From an uncultured virus (IMG/VR IMGVR_UViG_3300009376_000002) (lineage: Duplodnaviria > Heunggongvirae > Uroviricota > Caudoviricetes), in IMG/VR virus record IMGVR_UViG_3300009376_000002: DNA of 64,000 bases, one strand, 5' to 3'. Of this stretch, positions 47,801 to 56,485 are shown piece by piece. Numbering within the stretch: the first letter of the stretch is position 1; each line of letters starts with the position of its first letter. Both the position numbers and the translations under genes were made by a program. The notes under the pieces are model-generated. The model was not told where the DNA came from. It did not search any database and saw only the letters and a list, made by a program, of their open reading frames with translations.

Positions 47801-48255
47801 TAGCAGGCACCGGTGCTTACCTCGCAGGCGCTTTCTCAAGCCAGCTCTTTCTCTCTAACTTTAATAATGCAGTTGCTAGATCGTTCGATCAATCCAGCGG
47901 CAAGGGTCTTCCTGGATTTATCACACAGATGTCATTTGACTGGATTGGGAACGATGTAACGTGGGAAGTTGATCAAGGAGCAAGAGCGCCCAAGCTCGCA
48001 AAGATAACGTGCCGATTTAAACCTGTTCACGACATTGCTCCTGGTATTGATCACTTGGGCTATAACAGAGCACCAGTATACCCAGTAGGCGATGTGATGA
48101 ACGATATCGTCGGAACCTCAGGTGATATACTAGATTCCCAGCTAGCTCAAGCAGCTGGTGATGCTATCGCGCATGGGACGTCAGTCGGGGTTAACGGAGC
48201 CACTGATGGCTTAACCAAGGATATCTTGGGAATGAAGCTCGGAGATGAGTCATGA
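44842..48255 (+). CDS. Baseplate/tail-tube initiator-like protein
   Basis: FHAFLDNLSDSFSARY...IGRAEEVQIYDSTSRDIGFSF...LYPQY...SPMIRLRIGD...PGFITQMSF is a tube-initiator-like fold; follows the tape measure. Confidence 0.65.
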   Translation: MADDTKKVLIPKDRNGDDQLGNDFTAANANYAALPGFGNAGQDDLPLESPQPLDNVQQVSLGSARQKVLDDTRINPRQPGVTDTLDSTSQFLPDELAHSTVDRPSTLTLGSMFNKGLPGIRKSPAVPRAGDALRDISTDSQSLDPQNAPQGRTVAGTPGPAYGNPDEQSGAGPVVQRTVSAVLTRNRFAGMHKRVYAPANSNPDDQVVGSFQSQVGAYDSEAPTNEPTQAGYAFTLEDLKGTAAQLISQAAGFSTQSRETNQDQRYASEGVAVSSVRPRNLQEGDITNDAFIKSKASTGEFDEPNDGEPIETFGQLNTPDSPYAGMNPVQMKSLADAIIAATVLALDTGAERSFIDLLTSNASQGSAPGSRPYTKGKFIENNTWGKPALRSDLGFAHTSFPYDKAIDAGKSLVFGIEDTAIATSDIGERANLTGNARATRGNIANNPGFYVVFCRAVLRDSQNLRQKFAELGSIASGASQESLVASATLVESFRSSKLVACMNVLAMTGDSILSRAQSPYKVDQIKSSGDPAFSAFGRPLEVGKIHYRPSSHAMKSRDSEIEPGVSPASMRLAWRNASVPSMYLLPAEIEYGSVQNALSTLSNDSPAGAHISMEGITKAESNGRLPQEFVENHERTLDAEYVPFYFHDLRTGEIIAFHAFLDNLSDSFSARYNGQKAIGRAEEVQIYDSTSRDIGFSFYVAATSREDFNEMWFKINKLVTMLYPQYTQGRGTGDQSFQPKRNPIDFLAGLSGENFIMPFSQVQSASPMIRLRIGDVVKTNFSKFNLSRLFGLGTEQFSPVPGASIANAATLNIMRLLFQGLGLLHNNRGSSAGAQAGSSAVLSSPATSINFLEIMRLLRQRARQKPEGVGTFWSRRSGLKIGDVVRISFPSVRTLNRVDGSGKLFIPFKDVYAKIVTDPVNKDGELSIDPNGDVFYKVQVASSADMARLGIYDVGGDATYLMNHHDASLIPMGLFKEFAAVNVVRIVAGTGAYLAGAFSSQLFLSNFNNAVARSFDQSSGKGLPGFITQMSFDWIGNDVTWEVDQGARAPKLAKITCRFKPVHDIAPGIDHLGYNRAPVYPVGDVMNDIVGTSGDILDSQLAQAAGDAIAHGTSVGVNGATDGLTKDILGMKLGDES

Positions 48256-48548
48256 CAATTTCTCGATACTCTAGAGACGATATCATTAGCAGGGGAAAAG
48301 CTTACGGTTCTGCAGAGGGTGTCATGAGAATACGCGAAGCAGTTCGCCAGAACCGTCTTGCAGTGTCAGAAACTGTTCTTGAGCAAGCTTCGAGGCTGGA
48401 TGTCATGGCCGGCCAAAAATATGGAGATGCCTCTCTGTGGTGGGTCATCGCAGCAGCCAGTAATATAGGCTGGGGCTTGCAAGTTCCTGCGGGAACAAGA
48501 GTCTTAATCCCTAGCAGTATTGAGCAAATTGCGGAAATCGTGGAATGA
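48252..48548 (+). CDS. LysM-like baseplate wedge protein (gp53/gpX-like)
   Basis: RLDVMAGQKYGDASLWWVIAAAS...VPAGTRVLIP. Confidence 0.85.
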   Translation: MTISRYSRDDIISRGKAYGSAEGVMRIREAVRQNRLAVSETVLEQASRLDVMAGQKYGDASLWWVIAAASNIGWGLQVPAGTRVLIPSSIEQIAEIVE

Positions 48549-51418
48549 GCCGACTCAAAAACAGAAGGCTCCGAGTTGCTGCCAACGAAATTCGTAAAGG
48601 ATCCGGTATAGGCGGAATGTCCCGTGCCCTCGGAGGGAAACTTAGCCCCGTCTCCCAGTATCAAGAGGATTTAAACCAGAACATTCTTCGGCTATCAAGA
48701 GAGATCTTAGAGAATCTTGATGGAGCCCTCTTGGGGAAAGACATAAAGGTCAAGGCAGACAAGTTGTTTTCCGCCCCGGGCCAGGCCGAAGCCATAAAAA
48801 AAGGAGAGCAAAGAGCGTTTACTGCAGATAATCCCTTTAAGAGTAACTTTAATCTTTACAATGAGAATAAGGATGACTCTAGCGGAGAAGTCGCTAGCAA
48901 TTTCCAATGCTCTGATTTTGCTCCAAAAATTAGTGTGAATGTAAAGGAGCTTGGAAGCACGGGAAAAGAGAGCGAACCTGAGTATACAGTCACAGGCCTG
49001 TCATCCCAGGCAATAAAACCTCAGGATGCCCGACTCAGCGTTTTAACTGCTAAGCATTTCGAGTTTTGTCCTACGAATGCCCTGACTTCTGAAATAGAAG
49101 TTTTTGCCAATGCGATTCCAACACATGAGCTGTCGAGATGTGTGCCCTATCTGGATGTAACTTTCTTTACTGCTGCTCCCCCTACGAAGGATAAAAAACC
49201 GTTCTCCCTCAGCTTAGCCAAGGCTCTCGTAGGGGATAGCGACGTCTCAAATGAGTCAGGTACCAAGCAGCTGGCACAGTCTTATAAGGGGCCACAGGGT
49301 GAGGAGATGACCCAGTTCGGAATGGAGCTTTTCACTCTTCCTCAAACTGTTACTCCGCTCAACAGGAAAGGTCGTACAGTTCCTATACTTGACCCATTCC
49401 GCCCTCTAATGTCAATTACAAGTTTTGATGTTTCAGTTGTACCTGCTGCAGGCTTAATGGAGAAAAAGAAGGCAAAGCTTTCTATTACACTTCACGACAG
49501 ATCTCGTCTGCATGAAGTAGCAGAATTCGTTAGACCTCAAAACTATGCGGGATTAGAGCTACTGATTGAGTACGGGTGGTCTCACCCAGATTCTAGTGGC
49601 CGCAACGCTTACGGTGAGTTTCTTAACGCGATGAGAAAGAAAGAGAAATACAGGCTTTATAACTCATCCTTCTCCCTGCAGAATAACGGTGAGGTTAGCA
49701 TAACTCTTGAGCTGATAGCATTAGGTGTAATTCACACAGAGGATACTTCTATTCTCAATAATAACACGATGAAACCTATTGGACAAGCTGTTGGTAATAT
49801 CCGCGCCAAAGTTCAAGCTCAATTAAAGAAGCTGGCCAAGGGTAAAGTAAGAAAAGATATCAAGCCCCTGATATCTCTCGATGAAGGTCTTCTTAGCAAT
49901 GCGACTGTATACACTGAGGACAACCCTATTTTTGATAAACCCTTTAGTAAAAAATCTATAGGTAAAATTGCAGGTGCCACCAGCGATGACGTTGATGCCC
50001 TTGTTAAAAATCTAGAAAGCCTTAAACAATCCAGGAATCAGTTTAATACGCAGAAGAAAGTCTTAATTGAAGGTATTAAAACAACTTTGTTTAACGAAAC
50101 TGACGATCCGTTTTATCCAGAGAAACCAGATAAATTTGGCGGCGCAATTCGCCGAACAAAGGCGGCCAAGGGAGATGAGGGAAGCAGGCCTGAATACATT
50201 ACTCTTGGAAAGCTTTTCTCTTTCTTTGTAGGGCGTCCCCTTGCTTCCACTAATAACTTCTCAGAAGTCCAGTTGTTTTTCTACGCATTTAGCACAGAAA
50301 GTGGATTTCAAGGAGAAGCTGTTAAAGATAATCCTCTATCGAACTACACGATCGACCAGTTTCTTATAAAGAAAGAAGATGTAGTTCAGGTATTAGATAG
50401 AATGATGCAGAACTTAGGTACTGCAGAGATCCCGATAGAAACCTTTATGAACTACATCATAAAGACATTTGTCGTGTATCCTTTTGCACCACTCACTAAG
50501 CCCGACATGGTCGACGACGAAGTAGTGCAGGCAACTCTCGTAAAAAATGGACAGAGAAGCAACATCAGTGCTGACGCTAAAGATCCAATCCGAGAAAAGT
50601 ATAAAGCAGCTACGGAAGGATTTAGGCCCCCAAAGATCCAGGTTATGTTCGACGCTATGCCTCTTGATCCTACCAGTTCTCCCTCTAGATCAGCGGCAAA
50701 TGAAGCCACAGTTTTGAGGGTGCACATATTTGACAATCACACAGGGCGACATGCCACAATTGTTAATGGACTCAAAGCTGGAAGTGATACTTTAGATCTT
50801 TTAAAGCAAGCAAACAAAGCGCACTCAAGTGCGCTAAGATCAGGAGAAGCTGCAAAATCCGATCCCGCACAAGCTAAAAATAAATTCATGAGAGATCTGG
50901 AAGCTGCAGGCGTAAAGCTAAAGGCGATCAAGACTGGAGGCGTCCTCGATGGGTATATGTTGGATACCAGCTTTGAAAAACTTAAGAAAGTTATAAAGCG
51001 CGGTTTCCCTTCTTTGACCTACGGGGCTGATGGCTCTGTGATCACGTCGGCGCGCTTTAGCTCCTTGCAGAGTAGCGGGTACAAAAACACGATGATGAAA
51101 AGAGCAGGAAGAAACACTGAGATGACAGCTAGGGGTACACAGCCAAATGGCCTACCCCTTCAAATTCAACCTGCAGACGCTAGCATCTCCATGCTAGGGT
51201 GCCCAATAATCAGATATGCGCAACACTTTTTCGTGGATTTTGGAACAGGGACTTCAATGGACGACCTCTACTTCGTAAAGACCATAAATCACAAGATCTC
51301 CCCTGGAACATTTACAACTTCTTTAACTCTAGCGAACAGAGACGGCGATGCAGCATTCCAGAGCATGTTCAACCTTCTTAACAAGTCAATCGAGATGATC
51401 AAGGGGGCAGGTGGCTGA
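48545..51418 (+). CDS. Baseplate hub protein (gp27/late control D-like)
   Basis: LLIEYGWS; C-terminal ASISMLGCP...LYFVKTINHKISPGTFTTSLTL; follows the LysM gene. Confidence 0.6.
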   Translation: MSRLKNRRLRVAANEIRKGSGIGGMSRALGGKLSPVSQYQEDLNQNILRLSREILENLDGALLGKDIKVKADKLFSAPGQAEAIKKGEQRAFTADNPFKSNFNLYNENKDDSSGEVASNFQCSDFAPKISVNVKELGSTGKESEPEYTVTGLSSQAIKPQDARLSVLTAKHFEFCPTNALTSEIEVFANAIPTHELSRCVPYLDVTFFTAAPPTKDKKPFSLSLAKALVGDSDVSNESGTKQLAQSYKGPQGEEMTQFGMELFTLPQTVTPLNRKGRTVPILDPFRPLMSITSFDVSVVPAAGLMEKKKAKLSITLHDRSRLHEVAEFVRPQNYAGLELLIEYGWSHPDSSGRNAYGEFLNAMRKKEKYRLYNSSFSLQNNGEVSITLELIALGVIHTEDTSILNNNTMKPIGQAVGNIRAKVQAQLKKLAKGKVRKDIKPLISLDEGLLSNATVYTEDNPIFDKPFSKKSIGKIAGATSDDVDALVKNLESLKQSRNQFNTQKKVLIEGIKTTLFNETDDPFYPEKPDKFGGAIRRTKAAKGDEGSRPEYITLGKLFSFFVGRPLASTNNFSEVQLFFYAFSTESGFQGEAVKDNPLSNYTIDQFLIKKEDVVQVLDRMMQNLGTAEIPIETFMNYIIKTFVVYPFAPLTKPDMVDDEVVQATLVKNGQRSNISADAKDPIREKYKAATEGFRPPKIQVMFDAMPLDPTSSPSRSAANEATVLRVHIFDNHTGRHATIVNGLKAGSDTLDLLKQANKAHSSALRSGEAAKSDPAQAKNKFMRDLEAAGVKLKAIKTGGVLDGYMLDTSFEKLKKVIKRGFPSLTYGADGSVITSARFSSLQSSGYKNTMMKRAGRNTEMTARGTQPNGLPLQIQPADASISMLGCPIIRYAQHFFVDFGTGTSMDDLYFVKTINHKISPGTFTTSLTLANRDGDAAFQSMFNLLNKSIEMIKGAGG

Positions 51419-51448
51419 GTTATTGAAACTGCATCCGGCCTAGTAAGA

Positions 51449-51477
51449 GTGTAAATCTTGAGCTGAGTCCATATAAT
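51449..51477 (+). promoter_or_regulatory. sigma70-like promoter for PolA
   Basis: GTGTAA (51449-51454), 17 nt, TATAAT (51472-51477); shares TGTAAATC with the primase promoter. Confidence 0.6.
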
Positions 51478-51482
51478 AGCGT

Positions 51483-52673
51483 GTGAAAGTTTGCATCAAC
51501 CAGAGTATCCTAGGATCCGAACAGCACCTAGTAACTGATTTTAAGTCAGGTGCATCTTGGGTTAATGAGCCACCCGAAGATGCACTTACGGTGGGATTCA
51601 GTGACAGCGAAGAGCTTCAAGTAATATCACGCCTTTCAGGAATCTCAATACCCCGCCACCCCGACCCTAAGTTTGCAGGCCCTTTTAAGACATTTGGAAT
51701 TAAAAATATACTCTGGTCGCAAGCTTTGCCTAGGAGTGTGTACAAGAAGTACTTTCAGAATATCCAGGATGCTATCAGATTGAACGCGGACTCTGATCAA
51801 TACGATTACTTTAAAGAGAGGGTTTCAAGGCAACAGAAGCTAATCTCGTCATTGCAGCCTGCCCACATCGATGAAAAGATCTTTGCTCGAAGGTACGGAG
51901 ATCCTGCTACTGTTAATAAGTCGGTCTTGACTTCCTTCATGCCTATGAAGGGTGTGACTAAGAAAGTAGGCTACAATCTTACCGGCACCAACACAGGACG
52001 ACTCACGATATCAGAAGGCCCCCAGATTCTTACGCTTAAGGCGGAGATGAGGGATATCTTGACCTCTCGCTATGAAGGGGGAAAGATCATGCAGTTCGAT
52101 TACGTAAGCCTGGAGCCTCGCGTTGCACTCATCCTCTCCGGCCAGGATCCTATCAAAGATATCTACACTGACCTCTGCGACAAAGTTCTGGACAGCCAGC
52201 ACGGTCGACAAACTGCAAAGTTGCTGACCATTGCCACGCTGTATGGCATGGGTGTTCGCCGGGTCAAAGAGTTGATCGGGGTGAGCAAGCACACAGCGCT
52301 GGATGTTCTCAAGAATCTGGAGATCTTCTTCGGGGTGGGTGAGGTAAAAGCTCACTTGGAGGAAGAAGCAAAGTCTGGTTTTATCAAGAATCACTTTGGT
52401 AGAAACATCCGAGTTCGCAATAATGCGTCACACGTGCTCTACAACAACTATATACAATCCTCAGCGATGGATGCAGCACTCGAAGGCTTTTATCAGATTG
52501 TGCAAGGTGTAGAGAAGGAAGGCCACAAGTGTGTTCCGCTCTTTCTTTTGCATGATGCGATTATTTTTGACTGCCACCCTGAGTGCTTTGACAAGCTTGA
52601 GGATATAATGGCACCAGGGCAACAAATACCTGCTTTTAAATCGCGGCTCTACATGGGCGCGGAGGAACTATAA
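51483..52673 (+). CDS. Family A DNA polymerase, polymerase domain only
   Basis: TNTGRL, motif A DYVSLEPRV, motif B RQTAKLLTIATLYG, NNYIQS, motif C LLHDAII. Confidence 0.85.
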   Translation: MKVCINQSILGSEQHLVTDFKSGASWVNEPPEDALTVGFSDSEELQVISRLSGISIPRHPDPKFAGPFKTFGIKNILWSQALPRSVYKKYFQNIQDAIRLNADSDQYDYFKERVSRQQKLISSLQPAHIDEKIFARRYGDPATVNKSVLTSFMPMKGVTKKVGYNLTGTNTGRLTISEGPQILTLKAEMRDILTSRYEGGKIMQFDYVSLEPRVALILSGQDPIKDIYTDLCDKVLDSQHGRQTAKLLTIATLYGMGVRRVKELIGVSKHTALDVLKNLEIFFGVGEVKAHLEEEAKSGFIKNHFGRNIRVRNNASHVLYNNYIQSSAMDAALEGFYQIVQGVEKEGHKCVPLFLLHDAIIFDCHPECFDKLEDIMAPGQQIPAFKSRLYMGAEEL

Positions 52674-53275
52674 TGGATTTAGATATCGAAAAGATGCAAG
52701 CTGATTATGAGAAGTTTAAAGCTCTCACTGGAAAGACAGGCAAGCGGGCTAAACAGCTTAATGCACTGATCGATAAGCTTGGAGAACGCCTTGTGATGGC
52801 TCCCTCTTCAGAGCGCAACGAGTATTTTAACTCTTTCCCTGGGGGTCTGCTAGATCATGCACTTAAGATCCTGGAGGCTAGCTACAAGGTTGCTAAGGGA
52901 TGTGGCATCGAGGTGTCCAACGAGTCTGTGATCTTGTGTTCTTTGTTTTGTCTGATTGGGAAGGTAGGGGATGATAATCAAGATCTTTATCTACCCCAAG
53001 ACAACAAGTGGCGAAAGGACAACCTTGGTGAGAACTACAAGTTCAATGATAAACTTCGCCACATGCGAACCACACACCGAAGCCTCTACTTGCTTCAAAA
53101 GTTTGGTGTTGGGTTAAACTACGATGAGTGGATGGCTATTCTGCTTGCTGATGGTTTGACAGACGACACGCGCCTTTACTCTATGAGAGAGCCCTCACTA
53201 GCGCTCGTAATTTCCTCGGCAAACAAGCTTGTTCAGGCACGTTCTCGAGAAGATAGTATTCCAGTTCCGTTTTAA
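52673..53275 (+). CDS. HD-fold protein with degenerate metal-binding motif
   Basis: APSS...NSFPGGLLDHAL...LFCLIGKVG...RSLYLLQ...AILLADG follows the HD/YhaM-like frame but lacks the HD dyad. Confidence 0.65.
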   Translation: MDLDIEKMQADYEKFKALTGKTGKRAKQLNALIDKLGERLVMAPSSERNEYFNSFPGGLLDHALKILEASYKVAKGCGIEVSNESVILCSLFCLIGKVGDDNQDLYLPQDNKWRKDNLGENYKFNDKLRHMRTTHRSLYLLQKFGVGLNYDEWMAILLADGLTDDTRLYSMREPSLALVISSANKLVQARSREDSIPVPF

Positions 53276-53291
53276 GTCAATACTTATCTAC

Positions 53292-53957
53292 ATGGCTAAA
53301 GTAGTAAAGAGATTTAGACCGAAATACGTGAAGCGTCTGAGAGACCGCCCGTCAGGCATAGGACAGACGGGTGCTAGCGCAACTTCAGATCGTCAAAATC
53401 CACCAGACATTCATCGTCTAGGTTGGGCCCCAAGGCCCTTTCCAAGATCGGGAATGACAGGCGAGCCTAATAGTTCGATTATGGGCAGAATGGGATCTGG
53501 CACACTCTCAGCATACACTGATACTGATCGAGAAGAGTTTGAAGATCAGTCTGGCATGCCTGGAAAAGGCGGGAACTATAAGAGTGATATGACAAGACAG
53601 TATATTAGCAAACTAAAGGCGCGCCCAGTAATTGGATTACCTGTAGGCCCTATCGGAGAATCAGAGCTTCGCGAAGTAATACGAGGAATGATAGCCGATC
53701 TCAACGAAGACCCCATGGGAAGAGAAGCTTTCAATTATGAGATGCTTAGAAGCCAAGAAGAAGACGACGAAGAAGAGGACGACGAAGATGATCTTGATGA
53801 GTTCTCTGGGGCAGGTGCAGTCGCGGGATTTACACTACCTTTAGGCGCTTCCAATCACCCGTCTACCCTGAAATCTCGAGGAGATTTTACTGCCAAAATG
53901 TACGGCGGAGAGCGTGTGAGAACTATTAAATTACAGCGAATGAAATTGACTGATTAA
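53292..53957 (+). CDS. Hypothetical protein, possibly late/virion
   Basis: ATG 53292 follows an ATACTTA motif; basic N-terminus, ESELREVIRGMI, acidic tract, DEFSGAGAVAGFTLPLG. Confidence 0.6.
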   Translation: MAKVVKRFRPKYVKRLRDRPSGIGQTGASATSDRQNPPDIHRLGWAPRPFPRSGMTGEPNSSIMGRMGSGTLSAYTDTDREEFEDQSGMPGKGGNYKSDMTRQYISKLKARPVIGLPVGPIGESELREVIRGMIADLNEDPMGREAFNYEMLRSQEEDDEEEDDEDDLDEFSGAGAVAGFTLPLGASNHPSTLKSRGDFTAKMYGGERVRTIKLQRMKLTD

Positions 53958-53960
53958 TCA

Positions 53961-53989
53961 TTGAACATCCTTGCATGCTAGGTTAGAAT
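53961..53989 (+). promoter_or_regulatory. sigma70-like promoter for the ssb-recA operon
   Basis: TTGAAC (53961-53966), 17 nt, TAGAAT (53984-53989). Confidence 0.55.
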
Positions 53990-54021
53990 ACACCTGACCA
54001 TCAAGCTACAAGGAGAAAAAG

Positions 54022-54828
54022 ATGGCTATTGATTTTGATGCGATTCGTCGCAAGGTTGCTCAACTTTCTGGCAACGGACGTCGAGGCTCTGCCTTTTGGC
54101 GCCCAGAAGAGGGTGAGCACACCGTTCGGATTGTGCCCTTCACCGATAACGACGGGCAACCTTTTAAAGAGCGTTGGTTCTACTACAATGTAGGTGAGAA
54201 CCGCGGCATTCTGGCACCGAAGCAGTTCGGCAAGCCCGATCCCATTCAGGAGCTGATCAACAAGCTTCGTGATGAAGGCTCGCCCGAGTCGGCTGAGCTC
54301 TGCAAGCGCCTCTATCCCAAGATGCGTGCATACGCTCCGGTTGTTGTCCGCGGCGAAGAAGACAAGGGCACCCAGCTCTGGTCGTTCGGCAAGATGGTCT
54401 ACCAGGACATCCTCAACATTATGCTTGACCCCGACTACGGTGATATCACGGATCCTCTAGAAGGTCGTGACATCAAGGTGACCCTGTCCAAGCAGCCTGG
54501 TCAAAACTGGGCCAAGACGTCAGTCATGCCTCGAGGTAAAGCAACTAAGCTTTCCGGTGACGACGACAAGATTAAAACGTGGACTTCTACCATTCCTAAC
54601 TTGGATGAGATCTATTCTCTTGAGTCGTATGAAGAGATTGAAAAGAAAGTCAATGACTGGCTTAACGGCTCTTCAGCGGCAGACGACGACGGCATGACCG
54701 GCGGGTCCTCCACCAAGACTACAACTACAAGTGCTCCCACTACTGAAAGCACTACCAAAACCACCACTGAGTCGAAGTCATACACTTCACTCGATGACGC
54801 GTTCGCTGATCTACTCGGCGACGACTAG
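54022..54828 (+). CDS. Single-stranded DNA-binding protein (gp32-like)
   Basis: FWRP...VRIVP...PF, DYGDITDPLEGRDIKV, acidic tail LDDAFADLLGDD; AAGGAG RBS. Confidence 0.85.
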   Translation: MAIDFDAIRRKVAQLSGNGRRGSAFWRPEEGEHTVRIVPFTDNDGQPFKERWFYYNVGENRGILAPKQFGKPDPIQELINKLRDEGSPESAELCKRLYPKMRAYAPVVVRGEEDKGTQLWSFGKMVYQDILNIMLDPDYGDITDPLEGRDIKVTLSKQPGQNWAKTSVMPRGKATKLSGDDDKIKTWTSTIPNLDEIYSLESYEEIEKKVNDWLNGSSAADDDGMTGGSSTKTTTTSAPTTESTTKTTTESKSYTSLDDAFADLLGDD

Positions 54829-54836
54829 GAGAAGAG

Positions 54837-56024
54837 ATGGCAAAGAAAGCCGCAGGAAGAAAGTCAAAAGGTTCTGACGACTTCACAGCGGATCTCATCA
54901 AGTCACTGAATAAAGATCACGGAAGCAGAATTGCTTACAATCTCAGTGTTGATGAGTCGCCAACTCACGTGAAGGCTTGGGTGTCGACAGGCATCCGACA
55001 GCTGGATTACATTGTTGCTAATCGTAAGGGAGGCGGACTTCCTTGTGGCAGGATCGTAGAAATCTTCGGCCCTCCTTCGATCGGTAAATCACATATCGCC
55101 CTACAAATCGCCCGCAATACGCAGGCGATGGGCGGTGTTGTGGTTTATATCGACACAGAAAACGGCACCTCAGTGGAAAACCTGGGGCTGCTAGGTATCG
55201 ATGTTTCCAAGCGTTTCGTCTTCATTGAAACTGCTTGCACTGAAGAAGTATTTGCTGTTGCTGAGTCCACAATCGCCAAGGCAAGGGGCTTAAATAAAAA
55301 AGTTCCTATCACCATTGTGTGGGATTCAGTCGCTGCATCTTCTCCCAAAGCGGAGCTTGTAGGTGACTATGATAAGGACTCCATAGGTCTGCAAGCTCGC
55401 GCCATCTCGAAGGGTATGCGCAAGATCACACAGGTGATTGGAAACACGAACACGCTCTTTATCGCTTTGAACCAGACGAGAACGAAGATCGGTGTAATGT
55501 ATGGAGATCCTACAACTACACCGGGTGGTATGGCACTTCCTTTTCACTCGTCTGTACGAATTAAGCTCGGTGCCGGCTCCCCTATCAAAAACAAAGACGG
55601 CGATGTTGTCGGTATTAACGTGTCAGCAAAATCTATCAAGAACAAGGTAGCGCCACCGTTCAGGACTTGCCAGTTTGAGATCCACTTCGGCGTGGGTGTC
55701 AAAGAGCATGAGCAAGTCACCGATTTACTGCGATCTTCTGAAGATGTAACTGTAGATGGAAAGACATACTCAGTTGAAGGTTCAGGTGCCTGGAAGACGC
55801 TGGCGGTCTCTGATGAAAAGACCGGAGAAGTCTTAGTAGAGAAGAAGTTCACCAAGAGCGGCATGGAAGATCTACTTAAGAGCCCTGAATATAGCCCACA
55901 TATTGAGTTGATGCTGGAACACATCTTGGTAAAGAAGTTTCAGGGCAATCCTGACTTTGATACCGACTCTTACGAGGAAGTTCGAGCAGTTGCAATGGAT
56001 TTGGCGGAGAATGATCTAAGTTGA
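54837..56024 (+). CDS. recA: RecA/UvsX recombinase
   Basis: GRIVEIFGPPSIGKS, YIDTE, IVWDSVAA, LQARAIS, NQTR, TTPGGMALPFHSSVRI, KNKVAPP. Confidence 0.95.
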   Translation: MAKKAAGRKSKGSDDFTADLIKSLNKDHGSRIAYNLSVDESPTHVKAWVSTGIRQLDYIVANRKGGGLPCGRIVEIFGPPSIGKSHIALQIARNTQAMGGVVVYIDTENGTSVENLGLLGIDVSKRFVFIETACTEEVFAVAESTIAKARGLNKKVPITIVWDSVAASSPKAELVGDYDKDSIGLQARAISKGMRKITQVIGNTNTLFIALNQTRTKIGVMYGDPTTTPGGMALPFHSSVRIKLGAGSPIKNKDGDVVGINVSAKSIKNKVAPPFRTCQFEIHFGVGVKEHEQVTDLLRSSEDVTVDGKTYSVEGSGAWKTLAVSDEKTGEVLVEKKFTKSGMEDLLKSPEYSPHIELMLEHILVKKFQGNPDFDTDSYEEVRAVAMDLAENDLS

Positions 56025-56485
56025 GCCTATACATCAAAGTAAAAAAGACACATCCGGACGCAGTAATCCCGCGCCAAAAAGTTGGTGATGTGGGGTGGGA
56101 CCTTACCGCAGTCGAAGATGGAACCATTCAGCCTGGAAAAGTTGCAGTAGCACCCACAGGCTTGATGTTAGCTGAGAATCCTTTTGCTAACGATATTCAC
56201 AACCAGATCTTGCTTAAGATCGAGGGTCGAAGCGGCCTAGCTAGCAAGCACTGTGTTTTCCCAGTAGGAGGCATAATCGACCCCAGCTACCGCGGAGAGA
56301 TGGGTGTGATGCTCTACAATGGTGGAGATACTCCTTACGAGTTCAAGAAGGGTGACAGAGTTGCTCAGATTGTCGTTTATGAGGTCCATGCAAAAACTAT
56401 GAGCAATAAAACATGCTTCATGGAAGCAGACACTGTACGCACATCTGAGCGAGGTAGTAAAGGTTTTGGCTCCTCTGGAAGATAG
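56021..56485 (+). CDS. dut: Trimeric dUTPase
   Basis: All five motifs: GWDL, GRSG, GIIDPSYRGE, RVAQ, RGSKGFGSSG. Confidence 0.93.
   Translation: MSLYIKVKKTHPDAVIPRQKVGDVGWDLTAVEDGTIQPGKVAVAPTGLMLAENPFANDIHNQILLKIEGRSGLASKHCVFPVGGIIDPSYRGEMGVMLYNGGDTPYEFKKGDRVAQIVVYEVHAKTMSNKTCFMEADTVRTSERGSKGFGSSGR

Noticed and set aside
34422..51418. Extracellular contractile injection system or tailocin, suggested by two sheaths
   Set aside because: Terminase, portal, protease, capsid and a replication module are contiguous, so this is a complete phage.
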